From the IMG/VR virus record IMGVR_UViG_3300031454_000010, positions 1 through 47,719 of that record: 47,719 bases of DNA. The stretch is one strand, 5' to 3'. The translations under genes and the position numbers were made by a program. The DNA comes from a virus (lineage: Duplodnaviria > Caudoviricetes). Position 1 is the first letter of the stretch, and every line of letters begins with the position of its first letter. The notes below the pieces were generated by a model, which did not search any database, had not been told where the DNA came from, and saw nothing but the letters and a program-made list of their open reading frames with translations. Below are positions 18,585 through 28,230 of this stretch, one piece after another.

Positions 18585-21500
18585 CTACCCCCTCCATCCG
18601 CTGATCGCGCCGCCGCCCGCCACGTCGCCGTCGAGCGCCGCGAGGAAACCGCGCAGCCCGGCCTCCTGCCCCTCCTGCACCGCCCGCTTCACGTCGATGT
18701 CGCTCGTAAAGGTGGCATCCGGGAAGCTGATCGGGGCGTTGAGCGTGATCGGCCCGTTCCCCAGGCCCGCCCGCGCGAAGGAGGCCCCCGCGCCCGCCCC
18801 GGCCAGCGCGGCCACGTCGCGCGGGGGCGGGTCCGGGAGGCGGTAGACGGGCGCGGCGGGCGGCGCGACCGCCACCGTGGGCAGCGGGGCGAACAGCGCG
18901 GCCCGGCTGTAGCTGCTCGGCTGGGGCCGGGGGCCGATTGCCGGGCCGGGCGGCGGCGGGGTGTCGCCGGGGTCGGGCGCGCCGCTCACCTCCGGCGTCG
19001 TCACGCGCGCGTCGCGCCCGCCACCCTGCGCGCCGCCGGGTCCGAGGCTCGGCGGCGGCGGCGCGGCACGACTGAAGGCGTCGAGGATGTCTTTCGAGGG
19101 TTTCAGGACGTTCTCGAAGAAATCCTTCCACTTCCCGAACCGCGTTTCCAGGAGCGTGTTCTGCTGGCCCAGGTTCGTGGTGATCGCCTGTTGCGCGACC
19201 ACTTCGAGGTCGGCATTGTCCTTGACCGTCTTGGCATCGTTCACGCGAGTCTGCGCGTCGGCGACCGCCTGCTTGTCGGTCGCCGCGACGATCTTCCCGC
19301 GCGCGGTCTCCTGATCGATGGTGCCCTGGATGGCGCGACCGCGCGCGGCGTAGTCGTCCGCGACCCGCTTGGCCTCCTGCTGCACCCCGGCGATGCGGTC
19401 CTGGAGCGCCTGCGCCGTCGCCCGATCGGACTCGGCGCGGACGGCGGCCTGGTCCTGCAATGCCTGGATCGCCGCCCGATCGGCCTCCCCGCGCAGCCGC
19501 GCCTGCTCCTGGATCTCGGCGACGCGCGTCTGTGCCGCCGTCACGCCCCGTTTGTCGACGTCGGACTGGTCCTGCGCCGCCTGCTCGACCGGCTTTTTCG
19601 CCGCGTCGAGTTCGTCGCCGCGCACCGCCGCCTGCTGCCGGGCGAGATTGAGCGCGTAGTCGGCGCGCGCCTGGACGAGCTTGCGCTGATCCTCCAGCGC
19701 CCGCGCCGCCGCCTCGCCCGCGCCGCCCGGCTGTCGCGCCGCCCGGATGCGCTCGTCGAGCGCCAACAACTCGCGCCGTTGCTTGACTTCGAGGGACTGC
19801 ACGCCCGCATCGGCGGCGGTTTTCGCCTTGAGCTGCGCGGCGACTGCGGCATCGCCCGTCGCGAGTATCCGGCGGCTCTGCTCGTCCAGCGCGTCGTTCT
19901 GGCGCAGGAACTCGGTGGTCGTCCCGGCCAGTACCGCCGCATACGCCGCCGCGTGCTGCGTGGCCGCTTCCTGCGCGGCGGATTGCTCGCCCTGCGCGAC
20001 GCGAAGCTGGACCTGGAACTCCTGCTGCGCGTCGGCGGCGACCCGTTGCGCGGCGGCGAGTTGATCCTGACGGACCCGCTGCGCGTCGGACTGCTGGCGT
20101 TGCACGGTGGCAAGCGCCTGTTGCAACGTGTCGAGCTGCTCGGTGTAGCCCCGCGCCGTGGTGGCGGACTCCTGGTTCAGATCGGACAGCGACTGGTGCA
20201 GGCCATCCAGGCTGTCGCGCAACCCGTCCTGATGGGTCTGGGCCGTCTGTTGGGCGGCGGTGAGTCCATCCTGGGCGGTTTTCAGGTCGTTCGTGGCGCG
20301 CGTGACCGTCTCCTGGGCCGCGCGCAGCGTGCCGTAACTGTCGGCGCTCCTGAGGATGGCGTCGGCCTGCGCGCCGAACGCTTGGCGCACCTGCCGCTCG
20401 GTCTCGCCCGAGACGTGGCCGATCGTGCGGATGTCGTCGGCGATCCGCGCGGTGAGCACGTCGATCTCGCCCCCGCCCTTCGCGATCTGCTCCGTGGGCG
20501 TGAGGCTGCCGTAGAGCTGGTCGAATGCGCCCTGCAACTGCGGGCGGAGTTTGCTGAAGACGTCGAAATCCTCGGCCTTGAAGCCCTGGACGAAGCGCCG
20601 GAACTCGGCGGTGTCCCGCGTGTAGCGGGCCGTGTACGCGGCGGCCTGATTCGCCTTGGCCGTGATGTCGAATTGCGCCTCCGATTCGGGGAGCGTAGCG
20701 GGCGAGGAGCGCGCGCGCGGTGTGGCGGCGATAGGCCCGACGAAGCCGACCGGCAAACCTTCCGCGAGGCGCAACCGCTCGCGGTCGGCCTGGTGCAGCA
20801 CGGCGACGAGCTGCGTGTACGTCTCCAGCGCCTCCTTCGCGTTCTTCAGGCTAACGCCGGATTGGAGATCCGCCCCGAGTTGGGCGACCACCTCGATCGG
20901 GTTCTGCGCGCGCAACGCCTCGATCGCGTCGTGGACCCGCTGCGCCTCGTCCACGCGCGCCTGGAGCCGCGCCAATTCGGACTGCGGATCGGCCCCCTGC
21001 TTGACCGCATTCAGGGCCTTCTCGGCCTCCTCGCGCCCGCGCGCCCAGGCGTCGCCATATTTGATCACCGAGCCGATCAGGTCCGGCAGCGACTCGCCCG
21101 TGAGCGTCTTGGCCGTCTCGTTGACCGCGATCAGCGACAGTCCGATCGCGGCGATCGGCGCGGCGATCGCGGCCGTCGCCCCCAGGCCCAGGCTGCCCGT
21201 GGCCGCGAACGAGGCACTCGCGACGCGCAGCGCCGCCAGCGCCCGCTGCGCCTCCAGGAGCGGGCCGGGGAGCTTGGTCACGGCCAGCAGCAGCAGGCCC
21301 AGCGACAGGCCGACCTCGACCGTGTCGCCGTTCAGCCCCTTGACCAGGCCGGCGGTCACGCCGAGCGCCGGTCCGAGCGCGCCGCCCAGGTCGCGCGCCA
21401 GGCCGACCACGCCGAGCCCCGCCTGTTTCGCGGCCTCCCCGATCGTCAGCAGGTGCTCCTGCACGTCCCGGCGAGACAGGAAGGCGCGCAGATCGGCGAT

Positions 21501-22790
21501 GCCGCTCGCGATCCCCCGCGTCAGTTCGTCCACGGCCGCCTTGACCTGGCCGGATTGCAGCGCGGCCGCGAACGTGCCCAGATCCCGCTTGGCCTCGTCG
21601 AAGAGCGGCTGCCCCGCGCGCCCGGCCAGGCTCGCGAGCGCGTCCTGGACGTTCGAGAGTTGCCCGCTGAACGTCTGCGACAACCCGGCGACGAGCGATT
21701 CGTCGATGCCCAGATCCTTCAGCCCGCGCCGGATCGCCTCGATGCTGGACAGCCCCTGATTCTTGTACTGCGCGATCGCCGTGGTGTTGATATTGAAGCG
21801 GTCGCGCAGGCTCGTCAGGTCGCCCGACTGCGCGTTGCCGAGCGCCAGCGCCGCGCCCCGGAAGCCGCCGCCCTGCGCCTCGTCCGGGTTCAGCGCGGCC
21901 AGGGTCTCGGTCAGCTTGATCAGGTCGGTGAGCGCCACGCCGCTCTGGCGGGAGAGCGGCACCAGCGTCGCGATCGAGTCGGCCATCTGCCGGAATGTGA
22001 ACGGGGTCTTGTCGGCCTCGGTGCGGAGATCGCGCAGGGTGTTGTCCGCCGTGATCTGGCTGCCGGTGAACGCGACCAGGGTGGCGCGAACCGTCTCCAA
22101 CTCGCGGTTATAGCCGATCAGCGCCTGCTGTCCGGCCCCCGCCGAGCGGCGCACGAAGTCCAGCCCGGCGGTGACCAGGCCCGCCGTGGCCCCGCCGACG
22201 AAGCCGGAGAGGATCGGCGAGCCCCCCCCGCCCGCCGCTTGCGGGGTCGGGGCGGCGGCGCGCGCGGCCTGGCGTCCCTGCTGCGCCGCCTGGCGCGCGT
22301 CCTGCACGGCCTGTTGGGACAGACGGCGACGCTCGGCGGCGGTCTGGCGCGCGAACGCCTGTTCCGCCTCGGCGATCTGGCGCGCGCTGGTCGTGGCCGC
22401 GCGCTCGACCGTCCGCAGATCGGCCGCGAATTGGGGGAGGTCGGTGCGGATGCGGTAGAGCAACGCCGCCTGGACCCCGTCCTTCGCGGCGCGCGCCTGG
22501 CGCTCGGCGTCGGCGAGCCCGGCGCGCAGGAGCCCGGCATCGGTCCGGAGCTGGTAGGTGAGGTCTTTGGCCGCGCCCGCCTTGCCCTGCGCGACGAGCT
22601 GCTGCGCCCGGGCGAGGTCGGCGCGCAGGAGGGCGGCGTCGGCGCTGAGGACGACGCGCGCGTTCTCGCGCAGCGCCCGCCCGGCGGTGGCGGTGTCCTG
22701 TTTCGCCTGCTCGAGGCCGCGCCGGAGCGCGCTGTCGTCGGTGGCGAGCGTGAGGACCACCCGACCGAGCGACGCTGAACCCGCCGACAT
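18585..22790 (-). CDS. Tape measure protein
   Basis: 1401 aa, Ala/Gln-rich helical; ADKTPF and TFSGQLSN tape-measure motifs; position. Confidence 0.92.
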   Translation of the reverse strand: MSAGSASLGRVVLTLATDDSALRRGLEQAKQDTATAGRALRENARVVLSADAALLRADLARAQQLVAQGKAGAAKDLTYQLRTDAGLLRAGLADAERQARAAKDGVQAALLYRIRTDLPQFAADLRTVERAATTSARQIAEAEQAFARQTAAERRRLSQQAVQDARQAAQQGRQAARAAAPTPQAAGGGGSPILSGFVGGATAGLVTAGLDFVRRSAGAGQQALIGYNRELETVRATLVAFTGSQITADNTLRDLRTEADKTPFTFRQMADSIATLVPLSRQSGVALTDLIKLTETLAALNPDEAQGGGFRGAALALGNAQSGDLTSLRDRFNINTTAIAQYKNQGLSSIEAIRRGLKDLGIDESLVAGLSQTFSGQLSNVQDALASLAGRAGQPLFDEAKRDLGTFAAALQSGQVKAAVDELTRGIASGIADLRAFLSRRDVQEHLLTIGEAAKQAGLGVVGLARDLGGALGPALGVTAGLVKGLNGDTVEVGLSLGLLLLAVTKLPGPLLEAQRALAALRVASASFAATGSLGLGATAAIAAPIAAIGLSLIAVNETAKTLTGESLPDLIGSVIKYGDAWARGREEAEKALNAVKQGADPQSELARLQARVDEAQRVHDAIEALRAQNPIEVVAQLGADLQSGVSLKNAKEALETYTQLVAVLHQADRERLRLAEGLPVGFVGPIAATPRARSSPATLPESEAQFDITAKANQAAAYTARYTRDTAEFRRFVQGFKAEDFDVFSKLRPQLQGAFDQLYGSLTPTEQIAKGGGEIDVLTARIADDIRTIGHVSGETERQVRQAFGAQADAILRSADSYGTLRAAQETVTRATNDLKTAQDGLTAAQQTAQTHQDGLRDSLDGLHQSLSDLNQESATTARGYTEQLDTLQQALATVQRQQSDAQRVRQDQLAAAQRVAADAQQEFQVQLRVAQGEQSAAQEAATQHAAAYAAVLAGTTTEFLRQNDALDEQSRRILATGDAAVAAQLKAKTAADAGVQSLEVKQRRELLALDERIRAARQPGGAGEAAARALEDQRKLVQARADYALNLARQQAAVRGDELDAAKKPVEQAAQDQSDVDKRGVTAAQTRVAEIQEQARLRGEADRAAIQALQDQAAVRAESDRATAQALQDRIAGVQQEAKRVADDYAARGRAIQGTIDQETARGKIVAATDKQAVADAQTRVNDAKTVKDNADLEVVAQQAITTNLGQQNTLLETRFGKWKDFFENVLKPSKDILDAFSRAAPPPPSLGPGGAQGGGRDARVTTPEVSGAPDPGDTPPPPGPAIGPRPQPSSYSRAALFAPLPTVAVAPPAAPVYRLPDPPPRDVAALAGAGAGASFARAGLGNGPITLNAPISFPDATFTSDIDVKRAVQEGQEAGLRGFLAALDGDVAGGGAISGWRG

Positions 22791-22805
22791 GCCGCACCCC
22801 GCGCG

Positions 22806-22906
22806 AAAAAGGGGACAGTCCGATCAGTCCCCCGGAGGGGACCGGCCGGACTGTCCCCCCACTGGCGTGGGTGCGGTCGCTCGCGCCGATAGGGTGCAGT
22901 ATAGCA
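22806..22906 (-). promoter_or_regulatory. Extended -10 followed by terminator-like hairpin before the tape measure gene
   Basis: TGCTATACT (22906-22898); 12-bp stem GGGGACAGTCCG/CGGACTGTCCCC followed by T5. Confidence 0.65.
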
Positions 22907-22932
22907 GGGGCGTGGGGTCCGGTCGAGTGGCG

Positions 22933-23190
22933 CTAGAAATGCCCGGTGAACGTGCCGATCGTCATGTCGAGCGCCACACAGACCAGGAGGGTCGTCACGA
23001 TCAGCACGACGCAGGCGATCAGCACTTTTGCCACGACGCGCGTGGTCGCATTCAGCGAGAGATCGGTGTCTTTGCCGGGCATGGCTGTTCGAGGCGCAGC
23101 AGGAGCGGTGCCGCACGCGTAGCAAAATCGCGCGCCTGCCGGTTGCTTCACGCCACACGCGGGGCAAAACCGCACATCCTCTTGCACCAT
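22933..23190 (-). CDS. Zinc-ribbon membrane protein
   Basis: GGGAGGA RBS; FCPACG...ARFCYACG plus a C-terminal TM segment. In frame with an upstream RBS and ATG at 23514. Confidence 0.75.
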   Translation of the reverse strand: MVQEDVRFCPACGVKQPAGARFCYACGTAPAAPRTAMPGKDTDLSLNATTRVVAKVLIACVVLIVTTLLVCVALDMTIGTFTGHF

Positions 23191-23568
23191 TCCTCCCACC
23201 CCCGTCCCAGTGTCACGCAACGCACCACAGGGGGACAGTATGCGCGCGTGGCCGACAGGGTGGCAGATACGAACGGTCCCGATCGCGGCGGTACATTCGG
23301 CGGGACTGCCGCCCGCAGCGGACTCGGGGAACTCAAGCTTGTGGTCGAAATAGCTCCCCCGCCGGATGCTCGGGTCATCCGGGGGCGGCGGGGCCGGGGC
23401 GCGCAGGGCGATGGCCGCGCGGAACGCCGCGTCGTACAGGGCCAGCGACTGGGGGGTGGGGGCATTCGGGCGGAAGTAGGGGGTGGCAGGGCGGCGGCGC
23501 TCGGCGGTGTCCATGGTCGATCTCCTCGGGCGGGGCGGGCGTCGTGGCCGCCCCGGCGCTTGTTGTCG

Positions 23569-23937
23569 TTACGCCGCCACCAGGACCGCGCCGCGCACGG
23601 CGATGTTCTCGGGGAGGTCGAGCGGGAAGTAGCGGGCGACGCGGGCCAGCGGGGCGACGATGCCGAACGCCCAGCCTTCCCGCTCGGCGCGGCGGGCCAC
23701 CTGGCCGATGTGCTTACACATCCCGGTGTACTCGTAGCCCTGGCACGAACACGCCCAGCCGACCGGGGTGCGCTCGATGGCGTAGACGGTGCCGGGGGCG
23801 GAGCGGCTGGCGGTGATATACCGCCGCGCTTCCGAGATGACCACGACCCGCACGCCCAGCGTGCGGGCGCGGGCGCGGGCCTCCACCCGGCGGGCGGGGA
23901 AGGGCTTCGAGAAGGTGCGGGGCTGCGTGGCGCTCAT
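23569..23937 (-). CDS. SWIM zinc-finger protein
   Basis: Y.I.....W.CSC..Y.....CKH motif. Confidence 0.85.
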   Translation of the reverse strand: MSATQPRTFSKPFPARRVEARARARTLGVRVVVISEARRYITASRSAPGTVYAIERTPVGWACSCQGYEYTGMCKHIGQVARRAEREGWAFGIVAPLARVARYFPLDLPENIAVRGAVLVAA

Positions 23938-24015
23938 GGTGTAGAATCCTTTCGCGGCTTCCGGGTCGTGAGGGGCGGATACTCTTGGTCGGGTGCCGCC
24001 CCTCTTCGTTATCTT

Positions 24016-24085
24016 TATTGTACCGCGTTTATCTATACATGTCAAGCGTTTTGCGTTGCAGTGTTAGTCTTTATGCGGTACAATA
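24016..24085. promoter_or_regulatory. Back-to-back sigma70 promoters sharing an inverted 11-bp -10 region
   Basis: Minus strand TTGACA-17-TACAAT; plus strand TTGCAG-17-TACAAT. Both contain GCGGTACAATA. Confidence 0.85.
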
Positions 24086-24104
24086 CTTCGCAAGGAGGTG
24101 AGCA

Positions 24105-24254
24105 ATGCCAGAGGAAAAGAGGTCTGTTTCCTATCGCTTCGATCCGGAGATCGTGCGCCTGATTGATGCACTGAGAGCGAAGATGCACCTGTCGGCCACG
24201 GCGGTGATCATCACGGCGTTGCGCGAGTTGGCGAAAAAGGAAGGGGTGAATTGA
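24105..24254 (+). CDS. 49-aa ribbon-helix-helix protein
   Basis: AAGGAGGT RBS; MPEEKRSVSYRFDPEIVRLIDALRAKMHLSATAVIITALRELAKKEGVN*. Confidence 0.8.
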   Translation: MPEEKRSVSYRFDPEIVRLIDALRAKMHLSATAVIITALRELAKKEGVN

Positions 24255-24255
24255 G

Positions 24256-24770
24256 ATGAAAGATTCGGCTAAGGATTCGGCTATTGAAGTAGTGTTTGTG
24301 AACCCCTTGGGAAATTACGCGCTATACAAATATTTCAGCGATAGTGGTGCGCTTCTCTATGTCGGGGTTACTCAGGATTGGCAAAATCGAAGATCGGGCC
24401 ATCGTGCTTCGGAATGGTATTGTCTCGTCGTAAGGGTCGAAATTCTCTCATTCTCCGATCCCATCGAAACCGCGAAAGCTGAAATGGAAACATTGTATTG
24501 GCAAAGGCCACGCTATAACCGTGACTATACAGGCACAACTAGTGCTGCTTGGGCAAACAATCGGCTCCCCGCGAAAGAATGGGGGCGCAGAATCTCCTCT
24601 CCCTATGCTCCCCAGCCCAAGACCATTGCAACAGTTAGCTTGTGTGGGGAGGGGGCGGATACCCTTATTGCCCTGGCCTCGCAAACAAATCTGTCGAAGC
24701 GCCAAGTTGTGGAGCGCGCATTGGCCTTACTTGAAGCGTCGTTGGATGCGAGTGCAGACCAAAATAAACA
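24256..24770 (+). CDS. GIY-YIG nuclease with RHH-like C-terminus (true 3' end uncertain; frame open to 25770)
   Basis: ALYKYF...LLYVGVT...R...H...E......P.YN; low-GC segment ends near 24770. Confidence 0.8.
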
Positions 24771-24816
24771 GCAGGTCGAGGCGGTGGTGGAGGACGTGGC
24801 GTCGCCGGTCGGCGCG

Positions 24817-25065
24817 CTACCCGGCGCGACGCAGCACGCCCGGCGACGCGGCCCCGGCGCAGATCCGCGCGCCGGGGTCGTCCCGCGCCAGCGGCGGCCC
24901 GCCGTAGATCACGCATTTGCGGCGGCCCGCGTGCCCGCCCGGCCGCTCGTGGCGGTGGCACCAGCCCCCGAGGCGACCGGCGACGGCCCGCAACGGTCGC
25001 CAGCCCGCCTCGGCGAGGGTCGCCCCGCAGCGGGGGCAGCGCTTATCCGGGTCCATGCCGTCCAC
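24817..25065 (-). CDS. Small CxxC..H..C zinc-finger-like protein
   Basis: KRCPRCG...W.PLR....H.RPGG....C; strong RBS; paralog of 11765-11968. Confidence 0.6.
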   Translation of the reverse strand: MDGMDPDKRCPRCGATLAEAGWRPLRAVAGRLGGWCHRHERPGGHAGRRKCVIYGGPPLARDDPGARICAGAASPGVLRRAG

Positions 25066-25083
25066 CCTCCCCCCCCTCCCCGC

Positions 25084-25530
25084 CTACGCCACGAGGCCGA
25101 ACGCGCCCGCCCAGCCCAGGAACTCGTCCAGGCTGCCGAGCACCGCGCGCCCGTGCGCGTCGTGCCGTGGCCCCGCGCCGTCGTTCGCCGCGCCGTCGCC
25201 CGCCGCGCCCGCCGTGTCGCCCGCCGCCGCCGCGTGCAAGCGCGCCAGGATGGCCGCCCCGCCCTCCGCCGTCGCGTGCGGGTAGACCAGCGCGCCGAGC
25301 CAGGACAGCTGCTCCTGCGCCGCCAGGCGCGGCAGGGCGCGGTACGCCGCGCGCAGCCACGGCAACGGCACCGCGCACGCCCAGTGTCGCCACGTCCCGC
25401 CGTAGCGGGCGGAGACCGCCGCGAGGACCGGGAACCAGGCGGCTATCCCGCCGTCTCCGCCGTCGGCCCCGTCGGCTCCGTCGTCTCCGGCTCCGGGGTC
25501 GGCGTCGCCGGGGCCGTGGCCGCGAAAAAA
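25084..25530 (-). CDS. -1 frameshift extension of the tail chaperone (gpGT-like)
   Basis: The -1 frame is open from the slippery site: FFRGHG...LPWLRAAYRALPRLAAQEQL... Confidence 0.75.
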   Translation of the reverse strand, partial: FFRGHGPGDADPGAGDDGADGADGGDGGIAAWFPVLAAVSARYGGTWRHWACAVPLPWLRAAYRALPRLAAQEQLSWLGALVYPHATAEGGAAILARLHAAAAGDTAGAAGDGAANDGAGPRHDAHGRAVLGSLDEFLGWAGAFGLVA

Positions 25531-25955
25531 GCCGTGGCGATCGCCCGCCGTTGCGGCAGGGTCAGCGCCAGCAGGGTCGGCTCGGGCAGATCGGGCAGCG
25601 CGATCCGCACGATCTCGCCGTACACGTCCAACTCCGCGACCTCCAGCTCCGCCCACTGCTCGGGCGTCACCTCCTGCCCCTCGTCGTCGAGCGCGAGGCG
25701 GTCGAACTCCCCGGCGCGCGCGCTGAACTGCTGCAACCGCAGGTGCTGCCAGAGCGCGAAGTCCTCGTAGAAGCTGATGCGGTAGGCCGCGCCGTCGATC
25801 GCGATCGTCGGGCGGGTCGGCGCGGTCGTCGTGAGCGACAGGAGCGGGTCCGGCACCAGGGCCAACGCGCGGCGTTGCACGGCGGTCTCCGGGCGCGGCA
25901 GCACGCCCTCGCTCGCGCCCGCCTGTCCCTGGATGCGTTTCTTCGGCTTGCTCAT
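25443..25955 (-). CDS. Tail assembly chaperone (gpG-like)
   Basis: Follows the major tail gene; contains slippery T TTT TTC at 25530-25524. Confidence 0.8.
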   Translation of the reverse strand: MSKPKKRIQGQAGASEGVLPRPETAVQRRALALVPDPLLSLTTTAPTRPTIAIDGAAYRISFYEDFALWQHLRLQQFSARAGEFDRLALDDEGQEVTPEQWAELEVAELDVYGEIVRIALPDLPEPTLLALTLPQRRAIATAFFAATAPATPTPEPETTEPTGPTAETAG

Positions 25956-26021
25956 CGTTTCGTCCCCCGCGAGGAGGTGCCGCCCGGCGCGACACCCCCG
26001 CCATCCCGCCGCCCCGTCCGG

Positions 26022-26615
26022 CTAGGCGAGCGGGGTCACCTGCCGGACCACCATCAGGCGGCTCGGCGTGAAGCTCTCGTCCGGCAGCGCGGTGACGATC
26101 AGGTTCGCCACGCCCTTTTGCGTCGGTGTGACCTTCGCCGCGATGTTCCCGGTGCTCTGCCCGCGCGGGATCAGCACGCGGAACGGGAGGTTGTTGAGCG
26201 GCTGCGCGATGTTGAGCCCCCAGGTGTTGATCTCCAGGCTGCTCGCGCCCGCGTCAATCACCAGCTCATCCTGTCCCAGCACGGTCGCCGTCGGGGGGGT
26301 CGTCGTGGCCGTGCCCATCCCGGCGACGAGCTTGATGTTGCCGGGATCGAGCTCGGCCAGCGTGGCGTCGATCTGGAGGGTGCGCGCGCCGCCGATCTGG
26401 TACAGCGGGTCGGGCACCTGATCGACGTTGACGGCGGTGAACTGCTGCTGCGTGGTGAAGCCCACGCCCCCATCGGTCCAGCCGCGCTTGACGTACGGGA
26501 CGGGCCACGCGTCGTCCGCGCCGACCGTGTTGGCAGGCAATGCGGCGGCGGCGACGTAGGGCCGCTGGTAGACATCGATCTTGCGGGTCTGCAACACGCT
26601 GTTCGGGTTGAACAT
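26022..26615 (-). CDS. Major tail tube protein
   Basis: GWTDGGVGF...VDQ...ATLAE motif; position. Confidence 0.8.
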   Translation of the reverse strand: MFNPNSVLQTRKIDVYQRPYVAAAALPANTVGADDAWPVPYVKRGWTDGGVGFTTQQQFTAVNVDQVPDPLYQIGGARTLQIDATLAELDPGNIKLVAGMGTATTTPPTATVLGQDELVIDAGASSLEINTWGLNIAQPLNNLPFRVLIPRGQSTGNIAAKVTPTQKGVANLIVTALPDESFTPSRLMVVRQVTPLA

Positions 26616-26705
26616 GGCCAGTACGCTCCTCGCCCTCGACGGGCATGACGGGTGTGACCCGCGTGGACACTCGGCGCGTCCGCCTGGGCCGATTCGGGCG
26701 ACGAC

Positions 26706-26936
26706 CTAACCGGCGACGCTCGTCCGGGCCACGTCGGACGACTGCCGCGCGCCCTCCTGGGCGGCCTCAATCGCCGCCGTGTCCTTCGGCGAAGCGAAAC
26801 GGTGCCCCTGCCGCTCCAGCGCGGCGACCTGCTCCTGGGTGAGCGCGATCTTCTCGCCCACCGCGATCGGCGCGCTGTCCGCGTCCGCCTGCAAGCGATC
26901 CGCCGTCCCGTTCCCCAGCCATACCAAATTTGCCAC
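26706..26936 (-). CDS. Hypothetical phage protein
   Basis: AAGGGGG RBS; fits the operon. Confidence 0.6.
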   Translation of the reverse strand: MANLVWLGNGTADRLQADADSAPIAVGEKIALTQEQVAALERQGHRFASPKDTAAIEAAQEGARQSSDVARTSVAG

Positions 26937-26954
26937 GATGATCCCCCTTCTGCC

Positions 26955-27437
26955 TTACTTGAACCAGCCGATTTTGCCCCTGATCCGCTCCCGCAGCACG
27001 AGCGCCTCCCGGCTCGTGATCGGGACTAACGCGCCGAAACGGAACCCTTCGGTGATGCGGTCGCGGCCCTCAATGCGCGGTTGGCGCAGGATGGCGAAGA
27101 TTTCGGTGAGGCCGTTGAACGGTTTATCGAGGCAGGCGAGCGAGAGGAAGCGGTGTTTCCGCCCGCAAATGCCGCATTCGGGGCGAAACCCCGGCACGGC
27201 GTCATTTTCTATGAGGTACCAGCGATTCGCCAGGACGCCCTCAGCGACCTGCACCGGACACGCGGCGGCACAGTCGTAGGCGAGCCGTGGACCGTGCCGC
27301 CGGGCGACACAATCCCGGTGATGCCAGAGCGTGCCGCCGCCCGCGTGCAAGGCGTCGATCACCACGCGCGGCAGGGCACCCCACTGTGGGGGCACTTCCG
27401 GCAAGATCAGCCGTTGCACGTCGAGCGTTGCGGTCAT
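26955..27437 (-). CDS. Hypothetical Cys/His-rich protein
   Basis: GAGGTG RBS; ATGA-coupled; CGICGRKH. Confidence 0.65.
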   Translation of the reverse strand: MTATLDVQRLILPEVPPQWGALPRVVIDALHAGGGTLWHHRDCVARRHGPRLAYDCAAACPVQVAEGVLANRWYLIENDAVPGFRPECGICGRKHRFLSLACLDKPFNGLTEIFAILRQPRIEGRDRITEGFRFGALVPITSREALVLRERIRGKIGWFK

Positions 27438-27898
27438 GGTGTCACCTCGGATTTCAACACCTCGAAGCTTATCGCCCGGATATGGACCCCGATCTCGCGG
27501 TCGTAGAGCGGCAGGAGCCCCGACACGCGCCGGATATCGATGATCCGGCACCCCGCCGCCGTGAACGCCTGCGCGACGCGCGTGGCCGGGACCAGCGCGC
27601 CGAGTGCGAGCCTGGCGGCGCGGCTCGCCTCCAGCCCGGTCTTGCCGTACGCCAGCACGTCGATGCGCGGCGTGTCGAGCGGCACGGACGGGTCGGGGCC
27701 GAACCCGCCCGCGTCCTGCACGATCAGCGCGTGCCCGGTCCAGCGGGCCGGGTCGCCCGGCAATGCCCGCATCTGCCCCCCAATCCGTTTCGTGCCGTCG
27801 CGATCATCCGCGCACAACGCCAGCAGTTCGGGAAACGACCGCAACCGCGCGATGATCGCGGCCACATGGTCAGGCGGTGCGGCGATCGTCGCGCTCAT
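27434..27898 (-). CDS. Tail terminator-like protein
   Basis: PRIDVLAYG...A..LA motif; position. Confidence 0.7.
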   Translation of the reverse strand: MSATIAAPPDHVAAIIARLRSFPELLALCADDRDGTKRIGGQMRALPGDPARWTGHALIVQDAGGFGPDPSVPLDTPRIDVLAYGKTGLEASRAARLALGALVPATRVAQAFTAAGCRIIDIRRVSGLLPLYDREIGVHIRAISFEVLKSEVTP

Positions 27899-28230
27899 CG
27901 CAGCCGCGCGGCGAGGCGTTCCGCCAAGCGCGGGAACTCGGCGTCGGCGGCGGGGCGCAGGAACGCTTGCCCGCGTGGGGGCGGCAGGAACTCCTGGTAG
28001 AGGGCATATTCGGGGTCGCCGTCGTAGACGCCGAAACTCCCCGCTACCCCGTCCGCGACCGCCTCGGCCGGGCGTGTGGCGACCCGGGAACGCAGATAGC
28101 CAGTAGCCACGTTGACAAGGCCCCGCGCCACCTGCGCGGCGGCGGCGGTGGTCTCGTCTACCGCCGCGCGCTGCGCTTCCCGGATGCGCCCGAGGAGCCC
28201 CGCCTCGTCGAAGGTCATGGTGACGCTCAT
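27895..28230 (-). CDS. HK97 gp10-like tail completion protein
   Basis: V.TG.LR.R...YA.YQEF...FLRPA. Confidence 0.8.
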   Translation of the reverse strand: MSVTMTFDEAGLLGRIREAQRAAVDETTAAAAQVARGLVNVATGYLRSRVATRPAEAVADGVAGSFGVYDGDPEYALYQEFLPPPRGQAFLRPAADAEFPRLAERLAARLR

